A stretch of DNA of 64,000 nucleotides from Leucoraja erinacea. Lineage: Eukaryota. Made by a program: the position numbers and the translations under genes. Every line of letters begins with the position of its first letter. The stretch's first letter is position 1. The notes beneath the pieces were generated by a model that was not told the DNA's origin, did no database searches, and saw only the letters and a program-made list of their open reading frames with translations. The stretch lies in NCBI RefSeq assembly GCF_028641065.1, contig NC_073380.1:81220001-81284000 (forward strand). The letters run 5' to 3'. Below are positions 26,263 through 38,936 of this stretch, piece after piece.

Positions 26263-27615
26263 TTATTAAGCGCAGTTGGTGGTGAGCATAAATGTTCAGG
26301 GCGGTTGATGAGGTGGATGCTCAACAGGTCTGGCAGGACTTGGACATCATCACGTCCTACAAGGTGACACTAAGTAGGTCGGGGGACATAGAAAGATCAC
26401 TTCTGGATGAGCTCAATGTCTTCTATGTTTGCATCAAAGGGAAGAACAAAGGGCCTTCACGATTCCCCACATCCCCCATGACACTGTGATCTCAGTGTCC
26501 GAGACCAGCATCTGAAGATCCTTCGAGACTCAAGGAACTGCAGGTGCTGGTGTACAAAAAAAAGTGACTGAGTACCGGAGTAACCCAGCGGGTCTGGCAG
26601 CATGTCCGGAGGACATGGATATGTGACCTTTTGAAGATAGACACAAAATGCTGGAATAACTCAGCGGGACAGGCCGCTTCTCTGGAGAGGAGGAATGGTG
26701 ATGTTTCGGGTCGAGACCCTTTTTCAGACTCATGTCTGAGATGATGTATTCTCAGCACAACCCCCCACCCCAGTTCAAGAAGGAGAATGAGAACCTTGCA
26801 ACCTGGTGCCATAACAAAAAACCTTCCTTCAATGTCAGCAAGATTATGTTTTACTTCAGAAAGCAATGAGGTACACACACACCAGTATACATTAAAGGCA
26901 CCAAAGTAGAGATCATCAAAAGTTTAAAGTTCCAAGGAATAAAGATCACTATAAATCCTTCCTTAACCAACCACATCGAAGCTCGGGCAGGGAAAGCACA
27001 CCAGCATATCTGCTTACTGAGATAGACGCAACATGCTGGTGTAACTCAATGAATCAGGCAGCATCTCCAGAGAAAAGGAATAGATGACGTTTCGGGTCAA
27101 GACCATTCTTCAGACTGCCTGACCTACTGAGTTACTCCATCATTTTGAGCCTATCTTCGATGTAAACCAGCATCTGTACTTCTTTCTTACACATTTCGTC
27201 TACTTCCTTAGAAGGCTGAGGAAGTCCCAACATCACTTACCAGCTTCTACAGATGCCCCATAGAAACCATTTTACTGGGATGCATCATAGCCTAGTTTGG
27301 GAACAGCACCATTCTTGACCACAAGAAAATTCAGAGAGTTGTGGACATAGCCTAGATCATCACGCAAACCAACATTGACTCCATCTACACTTCACATTGC
27401 CTTGACAAGGCCACCAGCACAATCAAAAACTAGTCTCGCCTGGTCACTACCCCCTTTCCCATCAGGCAAGAGGCACAGAAGTTTGAAAACACTTTACTCC
27501 AGATTCAGGGATCGTTTCTTCCCAGCTGCTATCAACTGAATCGCCTTCTCGCCAACTAAAGTGCCATCCTGACCTCCCATCTACCTCATTGGAGACCTTT
27601 GAACTATATTTTATC

Positions 27616-28016
27616 ATAGAAACATAGAAAATAGGTATAGGAGTAGGCCATTCGGCCCTTCGAGCCTGCACCGCCATTCAATATGATCATGGTTGATCAT
27701 CCAACTCAGTATCCTGTACCTGCCTTCTCTCCATACCCCCTGATCTCTATAGACACATGGGCCACATCTAACTCCCTCTTAAATATAACCAATGAACTGG
27801 CCTCAACTACCTTCTGTGGCAGAGAGTTCCACAGATTCACCACTCTCTGTGTGAAAAATGACTTTATCCTCTCGGTCCTAAAATATTTCCCCCTTATCCT
27901 TAAGCTGTGGCCCCTTGTCCTGGACTTCCCCAACATCGGGAATAATCTTCCTGCATCTAGCGTGTCCAACCCCTTAAGAATTTTGTAAGTTTCTATAAGA
28001 TCCCCCCTCAATCTTC
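27616..28016 (-). mobile_element. CR1 LINE 3' end
   Basis: LRGDLIETYKIL...RVVNLWNSLP; (CATAGAAA)n on the plus strand. Confidence 0.9.
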
Positions 28017-29704
28017 TATCAGACCTTGTCGTGCACAAAATGTTGTACCCTTCAAGCTTTACCTTTACACTGTGGACAGCTTGCTTGTAATCATGTATAG
28101 AGTTTTTTTTGACTGGAAAGCCCACAACAAAAAGCTTTTCACTGCACTTCTATACACTTGCAATAATAAACTAAAGTAAACATTAAGCTGCAAGATATCC
28201 AATTGGAATGAGCGGTACTGATCTTCCAGTTTGCGTGTGGTCTTACTCTGGCATGGTGGTGGCCCAGGTCAACAAGGCCAGTATATGAATGGGAAGGGGA
28301 GTTAATGGTTAGAGGAGGTGCATTTGTCTCACCTGGAAGGACTGCTTCTGCTTCTTCTTTCGTGTGGCGTGCACAACCTAGAGTTGTAGGACAACTTGTT
28401 CTATTTGATCTTCTGTTTGTGCACGTCGAGTTGATTGCATTAATCAAAACAGGGCGGACCACGTGAAGGTTGAAATCTTCCACCCCGAAGGACCACTAGA
28501 ATCTCTGGATGGATGTAAGGGGGGAAGATATAGGTACAGGAGGATCTTCAGAAGGATCTGAAGACCCTTCTCAATCACAATCACAATAATACTTTATTAG
28601 CCAAGTATGTTTTGCAACATACGAGGAATTTCATTTGCCAAGTCAGTCATACAAATAAAAAGTAACAGAACGCACAAAACACATTTTAACATAAATGCCC
28701 ACCACAGAGACCCCACATTCCTCACTGTGATGGATGGCAAAACAAAGTTCAATCTCTTCCCTTAGCTCTCGGTCGGGGGCCTCGAGCCCTCCGTTCACGG
28801 GACGATCTCCACGTCAGGGCGATCCAGCTCCTGCATCAGGGGGATGTCAGCTCCCCCACGCGCTGGCCGATCGAACCCCGCGTCGGGGCTGGTCGAGCCT
28901 CTGCGTACGTCGGAGCTCTCGATTAGCCTCTCCCGAGATTGCAAGCTCTTGATGGTAAATCTGCAGGCCACTGTTGGAGCGATCCCTGGCAAGGGAGCAG
29001 CTCCGATATTAAGTCCACGCCCTGGGATGGGGGCCAAGGTCAGTCCGAAGAGACCTCCAGCTCCATCGATGACAGGCCGCAGAGCGACCCGAGATGCGAC
29101 CTGGAAACATCGTGTCTCCTTTCAAGGTAGGAAACTGAAAAAAAAGATCACCCGCCACATAAAACAAACCAGAGAACATTTACACAAAACTTATAAAATG
29201 CACTAAAATTTTTTAAAAAGACGTAAAACAAATAGACTGTTGGCGGGGCTGGCAATCGTTTAGCGCCCCTAGTGGTGGTGTGATGAGGGTGAACCCTCAT
29301 CAGGCATCCACTCCTGATGATGTCGCTGGTCACTGCGGACTAAATGGCTGGAGCTCTTGCAGACATCTTCAACCTCTTATTATAATTGTCCAAGATCCCT
29401 TAATACCAATGCCAAAGAAAAGCAAGTTATATGCCTCAGTGACTACCGACAAGTGGCATGTCTCTTGTGATGAAGTGCTTTGAGGGTTTGGTTGTGACCA
29501 GTATCAATTAATGCCTTGGTAATGACATGGACTCACTTCAATTCACTTCAATTCACCACAGAAGATCAATAATGGATGTGACCTTGTTGGCTCTCCACTC
29601 GGCACTGGACCACTTGGACAACACAAATACATACCCTCCATCATCCCTTCCAAACCTATTGTTAAATGCAGGAAAATTGATCTCTGCTTGACACAATACA
29701 ATTG

Positions 29705-32700
29705 AATAGTAAGATTAAATGAGAACTTACCAGTTCGAAGTTTGATCATTATTTTATGAGGAGTAACGTTGAGGGATTACGTGAAGAACCCGCCAGAGCG
29801 CAAGCGTGTCATTCTTCAAAGCAGCGGTGTGAAACCACAGATAACAGTAAATGACTGAACATAGTAAGATTAGAGAAGAGGATACCAGTTGAACTTTATG
29901 ATCAAGGGTGGGAGCGGAGGGCACGTAATCCCTCAACGTTACTCCTCATAAAATAATGATCAAACTTCGAACTGGTAAGTTCTCGTTTAATCTTACTATT
30001 TTACATTGGAGTCACGTGAGTGACTACGTGAAGATTTCAAAGCTCTGTGATTTCATGCCGTGGAAACGAGTCCATGCATCACATCTGCCTTAATTGACTA
30101 AGAGAGGAATTGTGTTAACATGTTTAAACATGAATCTGATATTGAAAATCCATGATAAATTTATTAACAACAAACTATAGCCCCTATTTTATGGGGTGAA
30201 ATCATATTACAGAACTTAAAATTGATTCTGCAAAAGTTCCAGGTTTAACCACTGGTTTATGGTAGAATTGTTGGAACGTTTTTTCCCTTGACCATCCTGC
30301 TGTCTCCAGGATTTGGTCCATCGGTACATCCAAGTCGTATTGTCCAGCCTTAACTTACGTAAAGACTGTACCCTTTGTGCTGTGACCAAAGCCATCAGCA
30401 TGACTGTTTTATGCGTCAGCTTTTGCAGGGACAGAGCTGTTGCTGGAGACCAGTTCCTTAGCAACGTTAGGACAATACTCACATCCCATATTTGAGAGTA
30501 CCTGGTTCTTGGGGGATTGATATTAAAAATTCCCCTCATAAGTTTGGTTACCAGGGGGTGAGTCCCAACAGAATGACGCTCTGATCCTCGCCATAGATAT
30601 GTTGAACGGGCACTTCTGGCACAGTTAATGGCACTGTAACTGGGCCCCTCATCATAATGGAGGCCTGCCAGGAATTCCAGAACAGACGTTATGTTCATCG
30701 AGCTGTAAGTGATGTTGTTTCTGTGACAATATATCTCTCATTTCCTGATGTATACCAGATATTGTTTTTTGGTGGACTTCCTGTGAGCCGCTGAGATAAT
30801 GTTCAATGTTCGGTCCGTCAGTCCCAGTTCCAGCTGAGGTCTCTTTAGACTCTACAAATTAATAAGTTTGTCGTTTTATGACATGGATGGCTATCCCCAG
30901 TTACGGGATGAACCAACAAATCTGATCGTTTCAGGATGATGATACATGGTTCTAAGACCATGTCGAGTATCACAGGGAACCATGGTTGAGTAGGCCAATC
31001 GGGCACTACCAAAATACCAGACTTGTTGTATTTTGCATAATACCCGACTGATGAGACAAAAGGAGGGAATGCATAGAAAAACAATTTCCCCCAATGCAGC
31101 GAAAAAGCATCTATCCAAGAAACATAATTTGGTAACTGGTGATTGAGTCTAGATGCAAATAGATCGATATCTGGTGTTCCGTACCATGCTACAATTTCAG
31201 CAAATACTTTTATATCCAACATCCATTCGATGTTTTCATTGAATTTGCGTGACCTGGTGTCTGCCACTGAATTTAGGTTACCTGGTAGGTAAGTAGCTGA
31301 TATCCAAATATTTCTCTGGATACACCATTGCCAAATTGTATTATCCAGATTGTCACATGATGTCGATTTGATTCCACCCATATGGTTAATATATGCCACC
31401 ACGGTGGTATTGTCAATCTGTAGTCTAACATGCTGGTGATATATTCCAGAACAGTATAACTTTAGGCCATAGAATACATCCAACATTCCCAGGTAGTTTA
31501 TGCCAAGTGGCTGTAGTAATGATGCCTCCTGTGCATTCCATCTACCTCCACACTGGAGATGGAATTGGTTGCACCCCAGCCAAACGCACTGGCATCAGTT
31601 TGTAGCACCACTGAGCGGTTGCTGATAATAATAGGGCTGGAACAATGCCGAATATTATCCCTCCACCATTTTAATTCCATAATTGCTTTGATTGGTAGCT
31701 TCATTGGTCTGTCGAAATGACCCGCATTAATTTTGAATGCTTGTACTTTTGCCCTTCGTAAATTTTGATAATACAAAGGTCCAAATTGTGTGGCTGGAAA
31801 AGCAGCCAATATTTTGCCAATCACCATTGCTACCAATCTGATAGTGGTTCACTGATGTCAATGAGGTTGTTGCAGGCCTCAATTAAGACTGTAGCCTTGT
31901 CCTTTGGTAAAGTCACTGACATGTGAACTGAGTCAATAGTGACCCCCAAATAATCCATTATGGTGGAAGGTGTTAGTTTAGATTTAACTGGATGGATGAT
32001 AAACCCCAGTTTCTCAAACAATTATTTGGTGGCTGGTACAGCTAGTTTGGCTAGTTCCAAAGTTTTGCCCACAATCAATATGTCATCTAGATAGGCCATG
32101 ATCATATGTTTTTGTTTCCGAAGAAACGCTAGGGCTGGTTGCAAAATTTTTGTAAACAGCCTGGGGGCTGATGTTAATCCATTTGGTAGAGCTCTATACT
32201 GCCAGAGCTGCCCCATCCAGTTGGATTTTAAATATCGTCTGTGGTCAGTCCGTATAGGCACTGAATAGTAAGCATCTTTTGTTTGGCAGTAACTAAGGTT
32301 TCCATTTTGAAATGAATATATTGCACATATGTATTCAAGTTGGTCAAATCTATGATGATGCGACAAGCACCATCTTTTTTTGTGTTTGGTAAAGATATTA
32401 GACACAATTTCCAGAGAATTATTTGTTGGGATTTTTCAATTACCCCCTTTGCGTGAAGTCTCACCAGTTCAGCATGTGCTTCTAATTTTTCTTTTCGTGA
32501 AAGTACGAACGTTCGGTTCGGTACATGCTGAACTGGGGGGCTATTTTTGTGCACAAATTCAATGGTATATCGCTGGATACTGTTTAGGATATAAGTGTCT
32601 GTTGTCAATGCACTCCATGCCTCCCAAAAGAAGTGTAATCTCCCACCGATATGTGTATGATCCACACTTCCTATTATTTGTAAGGGACCAAACCCACCTA

Positions 32701-34131
32701 CCTCCATGGTTACCAGTGGAAGGTTTACTTCTTCCTGTGTGGTCTTCGAGGAGGTTGAGGTGCCGGTGTCTGGGTTTAGGTTTGGGTTTGGGGTTTGCGC
32801 ATTTTCCACGAAGGCCGGTCTGGGCCATGGCCTAAAAAAGACCGCTGTCCTGTATGCCGTGCCTTTGAGCTTTTACCAACTTCTCCTGTTCTGCTGGTGG
32901 GTGCGTAAGGGTGCTGTTTGTGGCTGTGGGAAGTCTTTGCTGTTGTCGCCTTTATGAGCCCCAGGGTTTTTGCCTCCTCATCGAGCTCCTTAACCTGCTT
33001 GGACAGGTTTCCACCAAATAATAATATTGGTGGCTTTGTGTCTCTAGGTTTGTACAGGCCTGAAAATTTTGGATTTAAGGCAGGTCAGATGGCACTCTTT
33101 CTGACATTTCATACTGCGTATTGCAGAATAGTGCCAGTGCATCCTGTTGTTCTTGTGACATTTCCTTCCCATCCACTGTGCGAGCGAATGCTGTGATCCC
33201 TGCTGTTAGTAGTTTTAGTATTCTCTGGAGCTTGACATCCATGCTTCTAACTGCTGCTCCGACGTATTTCCAGATACAATTATTCACGACTGGAACATTC
33301 AGGGGTACGCAATTTCCTAGTGCCAGTGGTGTCCATCACAGCCTGTTCCTGTAGTTGCTTGAATGACAGGACATCAATGCTGGCAGCTAGTTTCTGTTCT
33401 ACATTCCGTCCAGCCTGATCCAGCTGTAAGTAGTTGGACACCATGTCCAGTAGATTTTCGCCTTCCTGCACCCCCTGCACACTTGTAGTTTGTTCAGCAA
33501 ACCCCTCTTCGGGGTCAGCCCAGAATTGACCCCCAGTACACCCCTCTGACGAGGGAGATGCACTGTGCAGCCCTAGGTGCTGCTGTGGGTGTTATATATG
33601 ACCCACGGTGACTAGACTCCCATCTCCCGGAGTCTGTCACGTTGAAGCATTTGCTCCATGAGCCGCTCCATCCGGCTCCAGCGCGCACGGTCGCTGGCCG
33701 CTCGCGGCTCCTCAAAGTCGGACTCCCCAGAGTCAACGGCTCCATTTGTTTTTCTTTTTGCCTTCCCGCCCGGACGCGGTGTTGATCTGGCAGGTGCGGG
33801 GGCTAAGTCGGGCACAGCTGATCCCATTACGGGTGATTCCTGTGCCGGCCGCTGCTGGCTGCCCGCAACTCCGCGGTCCTCCCCCGCCAGCTTTGTCGCA
33901 GCTCTGGTTGATTTTTTGGATTTGTCCATCGTTTCCCCACCTGTGAAACAGTATGGGAAAAATAAAGACCGCAGAGTAACCACTTACCTGTCAGTCCCGG
34001 CTTTTAAACTTGCCGCTGCGGGGGAACGTCGTTCCACCCCGCCTGTCATTTCGCAATGCGTGTAGCGATATGACACGAATTCTCCATGGCGGGTTCTTCA
34101 CGTAGTCACTCACGTGACTCCAAAGTAAAAT
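29705..34131 (-). mobile_element. DIRS1-like tyrosine-recombinase retrotransposon; termini intact, ORFs decayed
   Basis: gag-like ORFs, RT (KDAYY, LPNGL..APR.FTK, YLDD), RNase H (TDAS..GWG, DNTT), methyltransferase-like (DLFAS, YAFPP) and YR N-terminus. Inverted terminal repeats and an internal complementary region at 29922-30034. Confidence 0.93.
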
Positions 34132-35776
34132 CCTTAACTTCCTCATTGGCAGAACTCAATTGGTATGAATTGGCAAAGGCAACTCCTCCACACTGACCTT
34201 GAGAAACATAGAAACATAGAAACATAGAAATTAGGTGCAGGAGTAGGCCATTCGGCCCTTCGAGCCTGCACCGCCATTCAATATGATCATGGCTGATCAT
34301 CCAACTCAGAAGCACATGAAGACCGCATGCTCAGTCATCCCCTACCATTTCTATACTCGTGACTGTGCAGCCAGACACAGCTCCAACACAAACTTTAAAT
34401 TCACACATGACACCACCAATGTTGGATGAATAATGGTAAGGATGTCAGAGTATAGGAGTGAAAATAATAATCTGGTTGAGTGGTACCAGAACAACAAACT
34501 CGCTCTCAATGCTAGCAAGACCAATGAGCTAATTTTTCATCAGGAAGGGAAAACTGAGGTGTTCTTACACCTGTCTTCATTAGTGGGGTGGCAGTATAGA
34601 GAGTCAACAGCTTCAGGCTCCTTCATGCACAGATCTCCGATGATCTATCCTGGGCCCAGTATAATGATGCAATTACAAAATAAAACTCGCCAACATCTCT
34701 ACTGCCTCAGAATTTTGAGGAGATTTGGCATAGTACTGAATACTCTTGTGATTTACTATAGGTGGAGAGCATACAGCCTGGCAACTCTACAGATAATGAC
34801 CTCTCCACCATTAACGGGATCTACAGGAGTTGGATAGATGAGTTAATGTGGCCATAAATGAGGTATATTATCGATCCACACCACTAAATGTGTCATGGCC
34901 TGAAACATGCTCTTGCTGGTACACCAGTCATTTGGAATGCAGGTGCAGCAGGCAGTAAAGAAACGAAATGGTATGAGCTTTCATTGAAAAAGATTTGAGC
35001 TTCAGAGAGTAGTTGTAACAGGTTTTTCTGGAGTATGCGTACAGTTTTGGTCTATCAGGCTATTTGAGTCTTATTCCTTGCGGACTGTCTTATGAAGAAA
35101 ACCTGACCTCAGGGGCACCAAATTCTTAAGGGGTTGGACTACGAAATTTTCCGATGTTAGGGAAGTCCACAAGGGGTACTTATCCTTTTGTTTTAGTGGT
35201 GAATCTCTGGAATTAGTTGGTCTAGCTAGCCCTGCTTTATGGAGAGAACTGATAATTTGATAGTATAATTGTGGCGGTGCGTAGTGCACCTAATTTTGCG
35301 TTTGAAATATGTCTGTTACCATTAAAGCAGCAGCTTCGTAGCGTTTTTCCATTATTTATCAGGCTTTTGAGTCTTATTCCCTGTGCACATGACACTACTT
35401 ACTTTGTCTTAACTCTAGCTAGCTGCTAACTGAGAATTTGTATAATTTAAGTGATGTCTGTTTTCCCTGCACATGACAATTAAGGTGTTGATGCTTTTTT
35501 GATGGTGTTGAGATTTTTGAGATATGTTGGAGCTAAACTCATCCAGCCAGAAGCATTACTTTATCACACACCGGCCTTGTGCCTTGCAGGTAATGGAAAG
35601 CCCCTAAATGTCATCCCATGATATCTAGTCTTGCACGTGTTGCCCCAGTAGTGAATTGGCTGGTCCAGTTCACTTTTTTCTGGCCATGGAATAGCAAGGA
35701 TGTTTCATTAGACTGACTTGCTGTAGATTGTCACTTCTTGGTGCACTTGTTACACAGACGGAGTTCATTGATGAAA

Positions 35777-36597
35777 CAATAAGTGAGTTCGGTATTTCGA
35801 AAAACGCAAGGAAACATGGGATTTGTCAAAGGTCGTAAGCTATAACAGTAAATAGATCTCAGCGCTACAGGGGGCTGCATGTAAGGTCATCGGGTCAAAG
35901 GGCGTGACGCACGGAGCAGCTCAATCTGTCTGGAGGACATGGCAGCCTCCCGCATACACTGTTAACACACGAAACGCGTACTTTTTTACTTGTTAAAACC
36001 GCCGAAATGGTCAATTTTTGCGCTGTAAATAATTGTGGAGGGTGACTGAGCGCTCTGAACCACATGCCCTACTATCTTTGCACTGAACCCGAACACCAAG
36101 GTGTAAGCGGCAGGGGGATAGATGGCCGGGGTCCACGAGTGTGGATCCAGTCTGCGTGGAGTCCGGAGGCTGGGATAGAAGACGGGCCCCTTCACTGGAA
36201 GCCAGGGTAAGTGCTTACCAAAGACACGCTTACCTGCAGTTCACCGCATGTACTCCAGTTGGCGTTGCGTGGCAACAGTACGAGTCCGACTGAGGGGAGG
36301 AGGTGGAGGTGGAGGGCTGCCGGGGCCAACCCGGCGGGACAGGCAGAGCCGAGCTGGAGCCAGCGGCTGCAAGTCCAGGGTCGCCCCGCCAGCCCAGGGC
36401 CAACCAGGACACATCCAGGCAGGGACGGGACACCGGGGAGGGGACGGCCCAACAGCACCCGCAGCGACGGAGGGCCAACCCCGACTACTGACGAAACGCG
36501 CTTGCACACAATGCAGCATCACCGTTGCCAAGGCTGTTTTATAGCTAGTGACCTATAACCTGGGCATGCGTTGTCGGAATACCGAACACGCTTATTG
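35777..36597 (+). mobile_element. Non-autonomous TIR DNA transposon retaining a THAP-like start
   Basis: About 31-bp imperfect TIRs CAATAAGyGwGTTCGGTATTyCGA; ATG at 36007 encodes MVNFCAVNNC followed shortly by a stop. Confidence 0.65.
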
Positions 36598-36900
36598 CAG
36601 ATTTCTGGGTGGAAGAAAATAGCCCTGCAGTAATGTCTTGGAATCGGGATGATGTTTTCTGACGAGCAGCGTCAGAGTCGGGTGATTGGGAACTCTGTAG
36701 GTAAAGCGAGTCCATTTGTCACCACACCGGCCGGGCCAGTCCCTCGCCCACCGCTCCGCGGGAGGACAGCTTCCAGGAATTGGGTAACACAAGGGTCAGT
36801 CTCATCGTTCAAGCGGAAACGCTTCCTTGTAACTGGAGATCCGGGCCGTTTTAGCGGCTGCTACTCGCTTGGACCCCAGCACCTGTCCCTGTGAGAAGCG

Positions 36901-36996
36901 GTAGGCGAGGGGTGCATCGGCGTGTTGTTGCAGTAGGCGAGGGGTGCATCGGCGTGTTGTTGCAGTAGGCGAGGGGTGCAGCGGCGGGTTGTTGCA
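36901..36996. repeat. 3 x 32-bp tandem repeat just 3' of the V5 RSS
   Basis: gtaggcgaggggtgcatcggcgtgttgttgca at 36901, 36933 and 36965. Confidence 0.9.
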
Positions 36997-37027
36997 GTCT
37001 CCGGATCAGGTGCACACAGGTGTTCTG

Positions 37028-37066
37028 GCTTTTTGTGCGGAGATTGTGTTTCTGTTACACGCTGTG
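37028..37066 (-). other. 23-bp-spacer RSS of V5
   Basis: CACAGCG, 23-nt spacer, ACAAAAAGC (same heptamer and nonamer as V2). Confidence 0.92.
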
Positions 37067-37494
37067 TAACCCAGCAGGCGCAGTAATAGGTGGCAGATTT
37101 GTCAGCCGTTAATTCAATTGCGAGGTAGAATGCGGTGTCAGTGGTTTTCCCACCGTTGAAGGAGGTCCCAAAGCCCGGATCCCGCACCACGCTATTTCCA
37201 AAGTAGAGTATCCGAGCGATCGGCTGCCCGGCTTTCTGTTGGTACCAGTGAATGGGGTTGGTGTCACTAATTTGGCCGTCATTCACTTGACACCAGACTC
37301 GCACTGTTTTACCGGCAGACGAGGTTAGCGATCCTTTGGGCTGGGTCAGGGTCTGGGCCAAACACCCACCTGCAAAAAGAACAGATTTTGATTAAATCGG
37401 CGGTGCCACGGGAGAGACCGACAATACATAGCTGAAGAACCATCTGACACGCACAGCTCAAACTTAGCACGAACAAACAGGAAAACAGCCACAT
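37067..37494 (-). CDS. TRGV: TCR gamma V segment V5 (family B): leader 37455-37494, V exon 37067-37369
   Basis: Leader MWLFSCLFVLSLS, donor T|GTGCGT, acceptor ttgcag|GT. V exon reads VRVWCQV...NPIHWYQQ...SATYYCACWV; paralogous to V2. Confidence 0.92.
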
Positions 37495-38936
37495 GTTCGC
37501 TCAGCTGGATCGTTGTTTAGAAAGTGAGAGGAATTAAGTGACTTCCCTCAACACACTCGGCCAGCTATTGGAGTCGGCGCTGAACCCGCCCCGAAACCAT
37601 CTCCTCGGCTGAGCCCGCAACAATGATTCGCGTTATTCCGGTGGCGTCATGTTTCATCTCGGAGAGTGGGTGTGAGAGGTGCAAGCACACAGCGGGTCAT
37701 TTCTTCCTTCCTTTCCAACCCACAAATTAGGTTGAAATTACCTCAGCCATTTCTTCCGGACCATTGGTTCAAAAGGCCATTCTGTCCCTGTGTCTGCCCC
37801 GACCTCGCCGTTTCATTCGCATTAAGACTGATCTTTATCTAACATGGAAATCAGTAATACTGGAGAGAGAAACAGAGTTAACGCTGCAGGTCGAAATTTC
37901 CGACATGTATTCTCATGTGCTTATCCTCTCCTGTATCTCTCCTCTGCACCAACTGCACGATCGCCTTTCCGAGCAAGTTCTTCTACCTCCCGCTAGCATA
38001 TTTCCGTGTTTAAAGCCTCTCCCGGTCGTCGGAGTTTCGATCCTCCCGACGAGAGGGCCTGAACATCGGGCCGTCGGCAGCGGTGAATGCGACGGTTCAA
38101 AGGCCTCGACCACGGGTGAATAAAGGAGGAAGATGGCTGAACTTTATTGCCTTCCTTCACAATGAGGAATGATGATTCCACTGTGGTGGATGTTTATGTT
38201 AAATTTCATATTATGTGTGTATTTTGTTCTTTTCGCTTAATATGGCTGTATGGTAACTCAAATTTCACTGTGCCGTAATCGGTTGTGACAATAAATGCGA
38301 ATTTGAACTTCAACTACTTTATTGTCTGCGTGCCGACTGGATTAGATACGACGCATTAGATGTTGTGTCTGTGGAGCACTGCGCCCTGCAGTGCGGGACG
38401 CGGGCTCGCCATACTACTGACTGTTAAAGTGTGTGGGATGTGTGGGGTGGTGCTCCCCCACATCTCCCCGCTGGTATGTTGAGAATCCGTAACCCCTGTT
38501 CTGCGTTCACGGCTGATCTTCTGCATCAGCGCCGTTTCTAGCATTATTCCCCACCTTTGATTCCATGAATATCCTGAGTGCGGCAGCCTGCTGGATGGTG
38601 GAGATTCCCCGCCAAATAAACCCTTCGATCACTTTAACAGCCCACGTGGATTCGCTTCACAATCCCCTGCAGACGAGCGAAACTGTTTTCAAGAGGAGGG
38701 TCGTTAAAACAAATCTTCTCACAGTGTGATGTGAATCTCTGGAATTCTCCACCCATGTGGATTACTGGAAGGAGACATGTTTGACAGACCATGGACGAGC
38801 TGCGCCAAGGGGTTTGTTTCCGTGTGTAGCTTTGTGAGTCTATGACGTGGAGAATTAAAGACCGTGGAGATCCAACAAAGTGGTTGAGGCCTCGGGCAGA
38901 TTAGCCGTGATCACATTGAATGGTGGGGCAGGCATG

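Noticed and set aside
30845-31486. Stand-alone DNA adenine methyltransferase gene
   Set aside because: It is the usual methyltransferase-like domain following RNase H in DIRS1 pol.
36050-36300. J-like YTLVFGFSAKIV and Ig-like DSYCCHA with a splice-donor-like site (also at 46320-46745)
   Set aside because: No 12-RSS and no FGxG. Both lie within the TIR transposon family.
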